From positions 43,090,001 through 43,154,000 of the forward strand of contig OX597834.1 of assembly GCA_951406725.2 (NCBI GenBank): DNA of 64,000 nt, in the 5' to 3' direction. The notes beneath the pieces were generated by a model, which saw nothing but the letters and a program-made list of their open reading frames with translations, was not told the DNA's origin and made no database searches. This DNA is from Octopus vulgaris (taxonomy: Eukaryota). How positions within the stretch are numbered: the first letter of the stretch is position 1; each line of letters begins with the position of its first letter. The translations under genes were made by a program, and so were the position numbers. Of the stretch, positions 1 through 14,034 are shown one piece after another.

Positions 1-215
1 GCTTTATGCGTATCTCTCTCTCTTTCTCTCCTCTTTTATCACTTCCTTCTCTCTTCCAACCATCTCAAAGTCAGTTTCACTTATATATAACCCTGTTCTC
101 TCAAACTGTCATCTATTCCATTCGAATACTGGAATGCTCACGTTTTGTTTTTTTTAAGAAAATATATATGTAATATATATGCATGTGTGTGTGTGTCTGT
201 GTATAATATATCTTC

Positions 216-406
<191 letters not shown>

Positions 407-1180
407 CACGCACATATTTATCTCAATGTGTGTGAATATGTGTATATGTATAAATGTATGAGTGCGTACGTGTGTGTGTGCGATTTAAAAAAAAAATGAT
501 AAGGCCGATAGAGAGGAGAAGAAAAAAAAATGGTTTTAGTTTTCAAGGCAAAAAACCATAAATAAATGCCATCTTTGAGATGAAAATGAAGAATAGAGAA
601 GTGGATTTATGGAGAGGCGTAGTATTTCGACATTAAACCACTAACTTTCGTGTCACTTCGTTTGTGAGTGAATAGGAAAATAGATAGGCAATCATAATGG
701 CTGCTTGCTGAGTTTGACATGTGGGAAAATTCATAGCACATGAATTGATATTTAAATGGATTTTTCTGGAGTAGACAACATTCGAAATTCGAAATGTGAT
801 TTAATGTTGCCTTTACTGTACCTACGACATATAAACTCTCACACAACCATTGTTTTGTTGTTGTTGTTGTTGTTGTTTTTGTTATTTTTTTTTTGTTTTA
901 TCTTCTTCTCTGGATAAAACGTGTTGCAGATATATCCCATCAGTATATAAGTTTAACAGCATAAGATAAGAAAGTCACCTAGAATTATGTAGGTGTGTGT
1001 GTGTATGTACGTGTTGATGTTCGTGTGTGTGACTGTGTGTGTGCGTGTGGTTTTGTACGAAGTAGAAAACAACAAGAATGGAGAGGACGAGAGAAACGTT
1101 GATAAAATAATCTGTTGCATTATATTATGTATTATATTGAACTATGTTGTATGAATTCGTTATCAAGCTTTTATTTATTG

Positions 1181-1211
<31 letters not shown>

Positions 1212-1775
1212 TGTGTGTGTCTGTGTGCGTGTCTTTAGGTGTGTGTCCCTGTGAGTATACGTGCTTGTGTATATGTGTTTGTGTTCGTGTGTGCGTGTAC
1301 GTTTCTTTGATTGTATGAGCCTGTCATTGTCTGTGTGTGTGTGTGAGCATGTCTGTGTGTACGTATGAGATTTACCTCAGATACAATGAATTGCTGATGG
1401 GACGATGGAATATAATAGTATTTCTATTAAGTTCTGTATTATATACGGAATATTTTCTTATAAAAATTGTTCTCTGACATAAATCCACGATGATCATACA
1501 TCCTTTTCCATTTCATTAATAGTTTCAAAATGAATGCTGTCGAAAATTAATCGTTGAAAATTTGTGAAAATTTTCCATCGGTCGTCATTCCATTTTGTTA
1601 GTTTTAATTTGCGGTGATTTCAAATTGCTGTAAATTATCTCAGTAATTATCACCATTTAAAATAACTTACAAGTTACCTGACAGTAAAAATTAAAACCAT
1701 TTAATTCCAAGGTTTATTTATGTTTAATGACTGAATGGATTTAATAAAAGCATCGAAATACGAAACATCATAAAA

Positions 1776-1840
<65 letters not shown>

Positions 1841-2399
1841 TGTGTGTGTGTGTGTGTGTGTGTGGCCAATGACAGACGGGAATGAAAACTACCAGGCGTG
1901 AACCCGTTGGTTTTATCATCGATTATATATATATATATATATATATATGATATTATATATCTGATAATGCGATTAGATATATATGTGTATTTAGAGAGAG
2001 TGAAAGAGAAAGGGAGAGAAAGTCAGACAGAGACAGCGAGAGCAACCGTCATCAATTTAACATCCGTAACATAAAACCATGGAATGCTATGGTACTCGTC
2101 CAGTTATAACATTTCCAAGGAAAATCCAGGTTAGAATAGATTTTTACTTGGTCCTTCGTAAAATCTCGATCGTCTCCCTAGGTACCCAATTTATGAATAC
2201 CTTTTGTAATTCACTGCAATTACTGCCCCGTCGTGCAGTACTCTTATTGATTAGGGCACCACCAGTGAATTCATGGACTTACTGATGGTTCGTATCAGGC
2301 TAGTCATCCCACTACGTGCTTTGTGTTTAGTTTTGAATTCTTATAAAAAACTTCTTTATCGTTAATGTAATTAAGAACTAATATTGTATCTATTGTGTA

Positions 2400-2652
2400 G
2401 GCGCGTGGCTTAGTGGCTTGGGTGTCAGCATCAGGATCGTAAGATTGCGGTTTCGATTCCTGGACCGGGCGATGCGTTGTGTTTTTGAGCAAAACACATC
2501 ATTTCACGTTGTTCCTGTCCACTCAGCTGGCAAAAATGAGTAACGCTGCGATGGACTGGCGTTCCGTCCAGCTGGGGAACACATACGCCATCGAAACCAG
2601 GAGGCCGGACCCATGAGCCTGGTTAGGCTTAAAAAGGGCGCATTTATTTTAT
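2400..2652 (+). mobile_element. tRNA-derived SINE, family C
   Basis: Pol III A-box TGGCTTAGTGG (2406-2416), B-box GGTTTCGATTCC (2449-2460), central CTGCGATGGACTGGCGTTCCGTCCAG, TTTA tail. TATTGTATC occurs on both flanks (2382-2390, 2653-2661) as a probable TSD. A 3' fragment recurs at 18121-18200. Confidence 0.85.
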
Positions 2653-2834
2653 TATTGTATCAAATATTCAAATCAACATTCAAAAATAAAGGTCAAAGGA
2701 GAATCTTGCCTATTACAATATAGAAACATTTCTCATGACACTAACAAATAAAATGGAAAAGGCATTACCCCGGAGGATATCGAGGGAGATACACTGGAAC
2801 ATTTACTTCGATCCGACTCACGGGACTCGCAATC

Positions 2835-3010
2835 CCGGACAGGAAATTGCTGAATAGCATTTCGTCCGTCTTTACCCTCTGAGTTCAAATTCCACCACCG
2901 TTGCCTTTGCCTTTCATCCTTTTAGGGTCGATAAAATAACACTGGAGTCGATGTAACCGACTTAAACTCTCCTCCGAAACTGCTCGCCTTGAGCCCAAAT
3001 TTAAAATCAA
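2835..3010 (+). mobile_element. SINE family B, diverged copy
   Basis: CTGAGTTCAAATTCC B-box and TTTGCCTTTCATCCTTTTAGGGTCGATAAAA core, shared with many copies in the window. Confidence 0.8.
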
Positions 3011-3207
3011 CCATTAAGTCTATTTGACAAAATAGAGTAAAGTTTATAAGCCGAGGTGATGTATTCAAACAAAAAAAAAACTGAAGAGTGAAACAGAATG
3101 ACGCGAACCATGTAACGCACTCCCGTACTGTTACAGTTGATTTAGTTTGTGGTTATATCATAAATTGACAAAAAATTTCGCCATGCATCTTAATACTTAG
3201 TTTACAA

Positions 3208-3522
3208 TCTCTATATATAAAACTGAAGTTGTCTGTGTTGCAGGTTTGATAGCCTTCAACTAACACTATCTCCTCCGAGACCCTGCGACGCAAGTTGACA
3301 ACACCAAAAATTATGTACATCAAAAAGTTGCTTTTTTTCTATGAAAATCCCTATTTGTTACGAGTTTGTGACTGCTGTGTCGCCATTTTTCGGTGTATTT
3401 CAGCCAGAAAATTGTTCACTTAAAGAGAATAACAAGCTACATAATACAAAAGTTTTACTTTTCAAAAATTCCAATTCTAAAGGGTCGAGAAAAACTCGAG
3501 CAACGCCGGGCGATACTGCTAG
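3208..3522 (+). mobile_element. Non-autonomous Helitron-like element
   Basis: Starts A|TC(TCTATATATAAAACTGAAGTTGT) and ends CGAGCAACGCCGGGCGATACTGCTAG|T. 5' TC, 3' CTAG, subterminal GC hairpin, AT insertion site, no TSD. Termini shared with 62539-62860. Confidence 0.8.
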
Positions 3523-4853
3523 TTGTAATATAATGCTAGAAAACTAACGAACACTAAAGATGTTGTTATAACTATGATGTTTATGGATGTCAAGTTAGAA
3601 TTACGTCATTAATATACAACCTATTTTAAATTTAAACTCTGAAACTACTATTGACTCTACCCGAACTATTAGCGCTTTTGCAGAGAGTATGTTGACCTAT
3701 TATACGTGACATCTGCAACACTACCGAGTTATAATAACACGAGATTGAAAATTGTATAAGCCACTAGAACGTATTAATGACCTGCTTCATTGTCTGAAAA
3801 ATCTAGCATGTTATATAGCGGAGACATAAATAAAATAGATTCTGAGATATTAAAGCTGTGCTTCTTTTTATCCTTCTCGAGCAATCAATGGGTTTAATGA
3901 TTTAGATATGTAGAAAGTGTCAGCATTTAAAGAAACGAAGAGAAAAGGAAAACACGTATTTTGATAATCGTCTTTTATAGACTACAAACAGATCCCTAAA
4001 GAAATTAGTCTTACAAGTTTAATAATTGGCAGAACACACCAAGGAACCAATATGAAGAAAGAAAAAATGTCAGTGCTATTGTGAAACTTAATCTACGTTC
4101 ATTACATCGGGAAATGGGGAAAAAATAAATAAAATGAATAAACGAACAACTGTATAAATATATAAACGAAGAAATGAATAAATAAGTACGTTAATAAATA
4201 AATAAATAAAATCAATATTATTCGCATCATTAAATGAACACTAAAAACATAAGGTACGGGAGAAGCCGTCTTGTATGCATGTGTCTGCGCATGTGTCTTT
4301 GAGTGGCGGGAAGAAATACAGAAAGAGATAGAGTGCAAAATGCATGTATAAATTGGAATTGGATAAAAAATATATACATAGAAAGAAAAATAAATTGAAT
4401 GTAATAAAGCATACAACAATAAAGAGTAAGTCCAAACGAAGATATTATTCCCGAAAGCAATATATAATTAAGTTAGATCAAATATCAAACGTTCTTGTGA
4501 CTGGCAGTTATAAAGAAGTGCAGATTAGTTTTGCAATCTGAGTTACATGCTGACATACAAAATTCCTTGGATTAATTCCTACGACGTTACCATAATCGAA
4601 TTAATTGGAGCTTATTAAAAATTAAATGTAGAAGATAATATGGTTTAGTTTTCATAAGTGGGAGCGGTGTAGTGGTGGCGCTGGTGATGGCGGTGGGAAA
4701 TGAGTGAGATTTCAAGTGATATTGCTCTGAGCAAAATGGAAGTTAGATTTCCAATTTTTCTGGAAGGATGTTGAAGAAGAATTTCGTCCAATAACACAAA
4801 TTGAAAATAAGCAACAAATCTAAGAATATAAATCAGAAATGAATTTTATTACG

Positions 4854-4854
<1 letters not shown>

Positions 4855-4903
<49 letters not shown>

Positions 4904-4959
4904 TTACATATCCATATACATATATACAAACACACATGCATACATACATATACATATAC

Positions 4960-5001
<42 letters not shown>

Positions 5002-5061
5002 GTATTTACATATCCATATACATATATACAAACACACATGCATACATACACATATATATAT

Positions 5062-5105
<44 letters not shown>
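4855..5105. repeat. Compound (TA)n microsatellite with internal ~100 bp duplication
   Basis: TGTATTTACATATCCATATACATATATACAAACACACATGCATACATACA occurs twice (about 4899 and 5001). Confidence 0.85.
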
Positions 5106-5108
<3 letters not shown>

Positions 5109-5284
5109 TGTGCGTATATGTATGTATTTGCGTATGTGTGCATATATTTTTTGAAGTTCAAATTTTTACTTATTTTTTCATCAATTTAAGACATAATGGA
5201 ATTTCATGGTATTAAAATGAGTAACAACATTAACAATACTAATAACAAACACAACATCAACAACAACGACATAAATAATATTGC

Positions 5285-5286
<2 letters not shown>

Positions 5287-5353
<67 letters not shown>
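5287..5353. repeat. (AAT)n microsatellite
   Basis: Perfect AAT run. Confidence 0.95.
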
Positions 5354-5887
5354 GATGAGAGGAAAGACGTTGTGGATGTTGACAAGCAAGAGGGAAAGCA
5401 ATATTTGTTTTTAGTATCTAAAACATTCCATATCTATTTGTTCTTTTATGTCTTCCATTAACCAAATTCAGCTGTCGGCGTGTGTATGTTTTATTTTCTA
5501 ACTTCTGTTATAAAAAGGAACATGTACATATGCACACGGAAATACACATGCACACACAAACACACACTCATATATATTCGCGCACGCAGACACATTTACA
5601 CAAATTTGCTGCCAGAGCCGGAAAGGATGCAATTAGATATTAAATATACATTTACCGTTATAAGGCAAAACTGGAGACACTACGTGGTCTGGATTTGTTA
5701 GAAACAGGAGCCATTTTATTTTTGTATCGTTCAAAACTGTTTGCAAAATGAAGAAATATTTACAACATGTAGACAAATGTTTAAATGAAATGGATGAAAC
5801 TGGGAGTTCATGATTCTGTTCGCTGATTCAGACCGGTTTAGATATGGTATATACTTTAACCATTTCTTTGTTTTACCATTTGCTCTG

Positions 5888-6025
5888 ACCAAGATGGGGC
5901 ACCGCCTTGAGTGATCTTTGTCGAACGAATCAAGCCCAGTATTTATTTCTTTTTAGCCTGGTGTTTATTCTATCAGTCTCTTTTGCCGAAGCGCTAGTTT
6001 ATGGGGATGTAAATACACCAACAGG
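5888..6025 (-). mobile_element. SINE family A, 3' fragment
   Basis: GGGGCACCGCCTT...TATTCTATCAGTCTCTTTTGCCGAA...GGGGATGTAAATACACC matches the 3' half of family A on the minus strand. Confidence 0.75.
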
Positions 6026-7266
6026 CTCACACACACACACAAACACACAAACACAAACATACACACACATAAACACACACGCACACGTGCGTGTATGCGT
6101 GTGACAGTCTTTCTTTTTAATTTCGGATCCTACAAGATTCATTTTAGTTTTTAGTTATTTCCTTTCCATTTAAATAAATACTAATTGTTCTTTTATTGTC
6201 GTCTTAATTGTTGACTTTATGTTTGTTTGTTAGTTCAATCCCAGATCGGAGCTGGTTAAACCCGTCTTTCATCAGAATCTTCCTGTCATAAAGATTTCAT
6301 CAGTCTCTGGATTGGTGTGACAAGATCTCTGTCGTTCGAAAAATTTTGCCCTTTATTCCTTGAATAAAAGGAAGATCGTCATATCGTTTTGATTACTGTT
6401 TATTGAAAATCTTGAGTAACTGCACGGATTATAGAAAATGAAAACTGTATGCTTTCACTCGGTAGCTGTCGACAAGCCTGACAAAAAAACCATTTCTGAA
6501 GGAAAAACAGAAAGCATCTGACTGCCAAAAAAGCAGTATGGAAACCTACCGAGCTTATCCGTGGTGTTTTTACCGTTTCTCTTCCGTGTTGACAATGAAT
6601 TCTCCGTTAATTTCATAGAAATAGTTCTGTCAATTTCGTAGGAATAACAGCAAATTGTACCTCAGATTATAAGCCTTGAAACAGAAAAGTGACATTCCTT
6701 AATAAGTATCGCATATCCACGATTATGGTACATTAGTGGTGACCGAAACGCTTTTGATTACTGTTTAAGTCTAAGCTAGCGCTAACTAACAACAATAACA
6801 GGAAAGAATGACATTTTCGATAGGCTGTAGCGTGAAGACAAAGAGAAGAAACGTCTAGAGTTTGTATTAATGCTTCAGAAAAACCATCAACAAGAAGACA
6901 ACACAATATAATTGATGATATGGTCCTAGATACACCGTCTGCAGAATTAAAGACGGATTGTTCACAGTTGGAAAGCTTTTAAACTATCAGACCTGAAAAA
7001 CATTCACCACAATATCAATAATTGGTCCGCTTCCGTTACACAGCTAAGAATTAGCAAAACTGAAATAACATTCTGCGATAGTTCCTAATATTCTTTCACA
7101 ATGCAACTTCTATGATTCGACTTAACTAAATAAAGATCTTCTTTAACATTTCTCATTTAAAATAAAATGTTTTCACCGGAAATATATTTAGTTAATTTAT
7201 TTCATTTTAAATTCGTTGTAAGTGAATTGCAAAGCTAAATACAGGTTCATCCACGTACGCATAGGC

Positions 7267-7456
<190 letters not shown>

Positions 7457-7814
7457 TGATTCGTCTCCGACTTTCTTCGGTTTTCTATGCATATATATAT
7501 ATACATACACATATGTGTGTGAGTGTGTGTGTGCATAAATATACATAAATAGACACAGACACACACACACACAGGTGTAGGTTTGTATGCTAAATAAGAC
7601 TAGTCATTAAATATGTTTCTTTTTTGTCGTAAATGAGACTCACATTGGTTTCCTTCTGCCATTATGGGGACGCTATTGATAGGTTTACTGAATCGGCTTA
7701 TTGCTCGGTTGAGAAAAAATGAATGAATTTAAAAAATTAATGCTGATTTCGTCATAGTTATTTCTCATTTTGATCAACCAAGCAGAAGTCAGAAAACCAC
7801 ACAGAACACACACG

Positions 7815-7865
<51 letters not shown>

Positions 7866-7872
7866 ACAAACG

Positions 7873-7944
<72 letters not shown>

Positions 7945-8002
7945 GGTAGGCACACATACATGTATGTATATCTATGTATATATGTATATATATATATACA
8001 TA

Positions 8003-8162
8003 TACACCAGATTAAACCCATAAATGTGAAACAACGTAGGAAGAATAATACTCAAATGCCGTATGCAGAATAACATGCTTTATTATTAAATCTAAAAAAA
8101 CATCACAAACGTATCTCAAAACATGCTACTGTGAGGTTCACGCTTCCGTTAATCGGACAGTT
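8003..8162 (-). mobile_element. Short dispersed repeat, probably a Penelope pLTR remnant
   Basis: Homologous to 49925-50055 (AATAAAGCAT..ATTTGAGTA..TTCACAT..). Degenerate hammerhead-like motif at its 5' end; it terminates in (TA)n. Confidence 0.55.
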
Positions 8163-8184
8163 GATACATTCATACATATATATA

Positions 8185-8482
8185 GGCGTAGGAGTGGCTG
8201 TGTGGTAAGTAGCTTGCTTACCGACCACATGGTTCAGGGTTCAGTCCCACTACGTGGCACCTTGGGCAAGTGTCTTCTACTATAGCCTCGGGCCGACCAA
8301 AGCCCCTAGCATTGCTTGACAACCGATGCTGGTGTGTTTATGTCCCCGTCACTTAGCGGTTCGGCAAATGTGACCGATAGAATAAGTACTGGGCTTACAA
8401 AGAATAAGTCCCGGGATCGACTAAAGGCGGTGCTCCAGCATGGCCGCAGTCAACTGACTGAAACAAGTAAAAGAGTAAAAAA
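8185..8482 (+). mobile_element. SINE family A (CORE-like, resembles octopus OR-type SINEs), internally deleted
   Basis: tRNA-like head TGGCTGTGTGG...GGGTTCAGTCCC, CORE-like ACCTTGGGCAAGT, 3' GGCGGTGCTCCAGCATGGCCGCAGTC..GACTGAAAC and GTAAAAGA tail. The central microsatellite segment is missing. Confidence 0.9.
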
Positions 8483-9039
8483 TAGAGTATATAAACATAC
8501 ACACATATATATGTATACATGTAGCATATAGTATATTATAAAGCATCTTCATAATATACTGTCGTTCATTTGCAACATGTTGACGAAGTTCATCGATGGA
8601 GTAAGACAAACCTATCACCATGTCAACATAACTGTTAGTTTTGATTATTAATGGAAGCCATTACTAGAGACATTAAGACCCTGGCAGTTGTGTGGAATAA
8701 ATGAATAAATGAACATCACGACTTCACAGTGAATGCAAAAACCATGTAGATTCTAGGCAGCGAAGGTGTCTAACAGACGAATCTCACTCAAATTGTGGTC
8801 TACTGTCTATGATCGCAAATGTACTGCGTTTTGTAGGCACGCACAATCAGGAGTAACCGGCAGCTAGAGAACGCGTTTGACTCCATAGTTGTTTGTACTT
8901 TTGTGCTCATTACTTACGCACAAATACATACACCCACACCCACACACCCACACAAAAGCTTACACATATACACATACATGCACACCTCTATTTCTATTTC
9001 TATATCTATATCTATCGCTATATATATTTGCGTTTCTCT

Positions 9040-9072
<33 letters not shown>

Positions 9073-9155
9073 CATCTTTCTGTTTATACATCCATGTATC
9101 AATGTATGTATGTATGTATGTATGTATGTATGTATGTATATATCTCTCTCTCTCT

Positions 9156-9209
<54 letters not shown>

Positions 9210-9259
9210 TTAAATCATCTCTATATACATTTATGTACATATGTTATATATATATATAT

Positions 9260-9290
<31 letters not shown>

Positions 9291-11579
9291 CATGCATACA
9301 TGCATACACCCATACATACATATACGCCTATATATATGCATATTCTACATGTGCATGCAACACATACGGTGCAACTTAAAAACAGCCATTAAAAACAGCT
9401 CAGTGAACTGAACGCATTGATAGACGCGTGACTTGCAGTACATTCAGCGAAGACGGTGGGTGCTAAACGTATTGGTATCTGACCAATAGATTAATCAATC
9501 TAAAACAAGGTCAAGGGGAATAATATAATACACAGTCTTTAAAAGGGTAATCGCTATTTCTTCTCTTCATTTCATTTTCCTTTTTTTTTTCCTTACATTC
9601 AATCGAAGAATAACGAACCAAGAATCCTCTTATCCAAACAGTCACGTGTGACTGATTTAATTGATGCATATTTGAAGCAATTGAACATACTAAATACATA
9701 ACAGACGATTTAATGCTACCTTAATGCTTACATTTGCTTCTTAAATGAAATTGTAACGTCGCATTTCATTTTCTTCGTTCTCAATTAACTTACGGCGAAT
9801 AATGCTTGAAGTTTCACGATAGATATTCCACTTATCTCGCTACATTATGTGTGTACACAGCGTATACACACACACGAGCTCTAGCTCTGCTGCACATCCA
9901 TATGCACTTATATATCTTCATACTCCACGTGAAAGTCATATTTTCATTTTATTCTAAGTTGTTCAAGTAATTGTCGAACGGCTCTCTTCTACTTAAACAC
10001 TGCGTTACGTTATATTATATTATATATATTATATATATTATATTAATTTATATTATATTATATTAATTTATATTATATTATCTTATATTATATTTTGTGT
10101 ATACTTTATCTTGGGTACATTAAAACAGCTTTACCACCAGAGAATCCACCGTTGTATGTATTAAGATAGTTGTTTATTGCTATCAGCGAAAAGAACGCTA
10201 ATGTGTGTATGTATGTGTTTGCTTCCCGTCAAACTAATTAATTCTAATTGCCATTAAGAAACCACATAGGTAAATCCGTTTTCAGACAGAAGAAAAAACA
10301 TAATAATAGCAAATAAAGCAAATAAATAAAATAAACTAATATTTTACAGAAGCAAAACAATTAAATAAAAGTAAAACCAAGCTAAATATCTAATCAGAAC
10401 GAAATCGAAAAATTTGGGAAAATTTTTAAATAAAATTTAAGTACATAATGATGTCAGTTGCTTTGATTTATGTCTTAATTAAAGGTGACGTTTGTTTCTC
10501 GAGGATTTTAATTTTCAATTAGGAAACAATAATGGAAAAGTCGAGGTCAGCTTTCATGTGGGAAGCACAGTATCTGAGCTGGTTGGTTCTTGGGGGAATT
10601 TTAGACTTATTATTTCATTCGAAAGAAGCCTATTTAAAGATAATAAATATGGAGTAGCGTTCATTGAACAGCAATTGCTAATGGAAAGCAGATGAGTAAA
10701 GTTGCATTAATTTCAAGAGATAAAGAGTGAAAATAAGAAGAAAAACAATAAATGAATAAATAAACGTTGTAGAAAAAAAAAAGATAAATGAAACAAGCAT
10801 GTAAAACAAAATCTTTTGATTAAACAAACATACATAATGTATAAAGCAACACGAAGAAAACACGATGAAGTAAATATTACTTTTAAAAAATACAAAATCA
10901 AAAAAATATATATATATATATATAATGCGCGGTCTAAATAGATTTAATTTTCGTAAAGATAGAATTTGCTCAACATTATATATCGCTGTTCCTGCTTTCG
11001 TTATTGTAGTATTGATTGCTGCAAAGAAAATGTGTCACACAACAGTTTTATTCCCGTACAATAATATAGCTGCCATTATTTCATATACGTATGAGCATAT
11101 GGTGATATGTAACCATGCGCAGACACACATGCGCGCGTGCACATACACACGCACTAGCATGCAGTTATATATATGTACACGTCTATATATTTCAATGTGA
11201 ATATATAATGAGAAATACTTACATAAACATACATATGCTTACATGTACATGCATAAATACCTATCTACCTATCTACATATATACATACATACTTATATAT
11301 GCATGCGTGTATACATACATTATATGTGGATACATGTATGCATGTACATAGTATATATGCATGTACGTAATATATATAATATGTTATATGTGATATAGAT
11401 TGTTATACATCTATAATGTATTATCTATCTATCTATCTAGTTATCTATCAATCCCATCTCTCTCTTTATCTCTCTCTCTATATATACATATATATATGTG
11501 TATACGTATATGTATACATATATATGTGTATATATATATGTATATGTATACATATATATATGTATATATATATATATGT

Positions 11580-11661
<82 letters not shown>

Positions 11662-11982
11662 ACAAGGATGAAGACTATAGGGGATTAAATTTGGGGTCAG
11701 GGGACGGTAAAGTGGAAGTCCTTGAATGCTGTTTATAGATTTACTTTCATCTATTTTTTCTTTTTTCGAATTGTGGTACTATGAGTTCAAACCATTCACG
11801 TGGTTCAGTTTGTCCTTCATACTTGCAGAATACAACTTAAATTATAATGAATTTAAGAAATTTTGATTATTCTTGGATTAGTAGCATTGTGGCGTCTGCT
11901 CCGGGTCACTTGAGGTAGTCACCACAGTGCCGCGAAGCTCCTGCTTCAGTGCTTCCCTCGTTTTGAATATTAATAGAATTGA

Positions 11983-12420
11983 AAGGTAGCAAGCAGGCAA
12001 TATCGATGGTATATAATCGGTACAGAGGCAGGTGAAACGCTATGCGACATTTCTTCCGTCGTCATATTCTGAGTTCACATCCTGCCGAGATCGAATTTGC
12101 CTTTCATCTTTACTAACTCCTAAGGTCGAATAAATGGTCTAACTCACTCCCGTGAACCTGCTGGCTTTGTGCCAAAATTTGGAACCGATATTCGTAGTAT
12201 TAAAAGGAGGTGTATTGGCAGAATCGTTAGCACGACGTGCAAATACCTTAACAGCATTTCATCCGTCTTCCGATCAGAGTTCAAATTCTGCTGAGGTCGA
12301 GTTTGCCTTCTATCCTTTCGGAGTTGAAAAAAATAAATACCAATTGAACTCTGGGGTCGATTTAATCGACTAACTCCTTCCCCTAAGCTTGTTGGTCTTT
12401 TCCCAAAATATGAAAATCAT
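11983..12420 (+). mobile_element. Two tandem diverged SINE family B copies
   Basis: Two heads (about 11983 and 12205), each with a TCTGAGTTCA/AGAGTTCAAATTC B-box and a TTTGCCTT..ATC core. Confidence 0.8.
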
Positions 12421-13004
12421 TATTATTGGCTTTGAGAATGGGTTCGCAGCCTAGTTACCCGTGAATGCCTCAAAATAAACATTATCATCAGTTTTTGCAA
12501 TTTGTCTTCCAGAAATGTTTACAGTACGTTTCTTCCGGATAAGCAGCTTCAGAATCGCCAGTAGCAGCAGTTGTAGCAGTAGCAGCAGCTGCAGCAGCAA
12601 CAAGGACAGCAAAAACACAAACACATCATAGAAGTAGTCCTAGTCGTGACAGAAAGTCAAAGGTTGCGTGATTTTGCTATCTTCGCCGTCACGTTGATTC
12701 AGTGTCAACTTTCATTCGAAAGTGAGATTTTGATTAATGACCGGCAACAAACAAGAATGATTATGTTCAGATTAACATTGCCTTGTGGTCGATGTCTAGT
12801 GACGATACGAACATACATATACAATCGTAGATGTTCGCATATATAAATACATACGTACACGCACACATACAGGGAGATCGCGAGAAATGGATGTACATGC
12901 ATTAAAATATACGTTACACACGCAGATATACGTGTACATACATACAAATATATACATACATACATACATACATACATACATACATACATACATACATACA
13001 TACA

Positions 13005-13037
<33 letters not shown>

Positions 13038-13077
13038 CGATCTGTGTCTGTCTCTCCCACCCTGTGTGAGTGTTTGT

Positions 13078-13120
<43 letters not shown>

Positions 13121-13724
13121 GCCTGTGCGTGTCTTTTTGTGTGTAAGTGTGTAAGTGTGTGTGTAGAATATATTGCTTCAAATGGTATCAGGTTAGAGAT
13201 GTTGATTCCCATCATCACCTAGAAGAATTTTGGAATTTGCATCTTCCTAGGACAAAAACGAAATTCGCTTGTCCCTGTCTATGACGGGAGAATGGAGCTC
13301 ATTTTTCTGCGGTACATTGAATACAACTTTATTTCACTTACCAAATATAAATAAAGTAAACGGTCAAGAGGGAGGTTGCCCCGAATTGAAACCAAAATGT
13401 AACTTCATTTCAGAAATTCAGATTCTATATAGGAAATAACCAACGAGTCTGTACGTATTGCTTCGACTTCCTAAAAATAGCAGTGAACATTTCCTTTTTT
13501 GGAATAGACAAATGCGTTAAAAAGAGAAGGCTAAATTGGGTGATCTAGTCCAGAAATACCATTGGTCGTGAGCGTAAAATAAAATGAACGAAAGGATCAG
13601 TGTCAAGTTGGTGTCTCAAGAATAAAAAGAACGACAAAAGCAGCAACAGCAATAACAGCAGCAGCAACAGTAACAACTATAAAAGTATCTCTATGTGTGT
13701 AGCTATATATATATTTTTTTTTTA

Positions 13725-13870
13725 TAAAACTTATGAATAAATGAAAGAACGGAGTTGAACGACAAATAACAAATTTCCTTTACTTTCGACATATGTTTTG
13801 AAGGCTGCATATTCCTAATTGTGAAGGAATAAGGAGTACATTATGCCGCTTTCTCATCAGGAAAAACAAA
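13725..13870 (-). mobile_element. Penelope-like pLTR remnant with type I hammerhead-like motif
   Basis: Minus strand UUUUC-CUGAUGA-long stem II-(A)AAAC-AUAU-GUC-GAAAG at 13783-13865, then about 60 nt to a TA-rich end. Confidence 0.6.
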
Positions 13871-13991
13871 GAATTTATGTCAACATCAAGATTCACAAAA
13901 ACTTTTAGATGACTGCTCTCACGGATGTGAATTTGCTACCCAGGTATCGGTTAAACGAATTATCCATAAAAAGATATTTCATTTTTCTACT

Positions 13992-14030
<39 letters not shown>

Positions 14031-14034
<4 letters not shown>

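Noticed and set aside
2400-2470. tRNA gene
   Set aside because: A/B boxes are present but there is no complete cloverleaf or terminator; it continues into a SINE body. The same applies to the other SINE heads.
11911-11932. let-7-like start TGAGGTAGT
   Set aside because: Only 9 nt match and no precursor hairpin.
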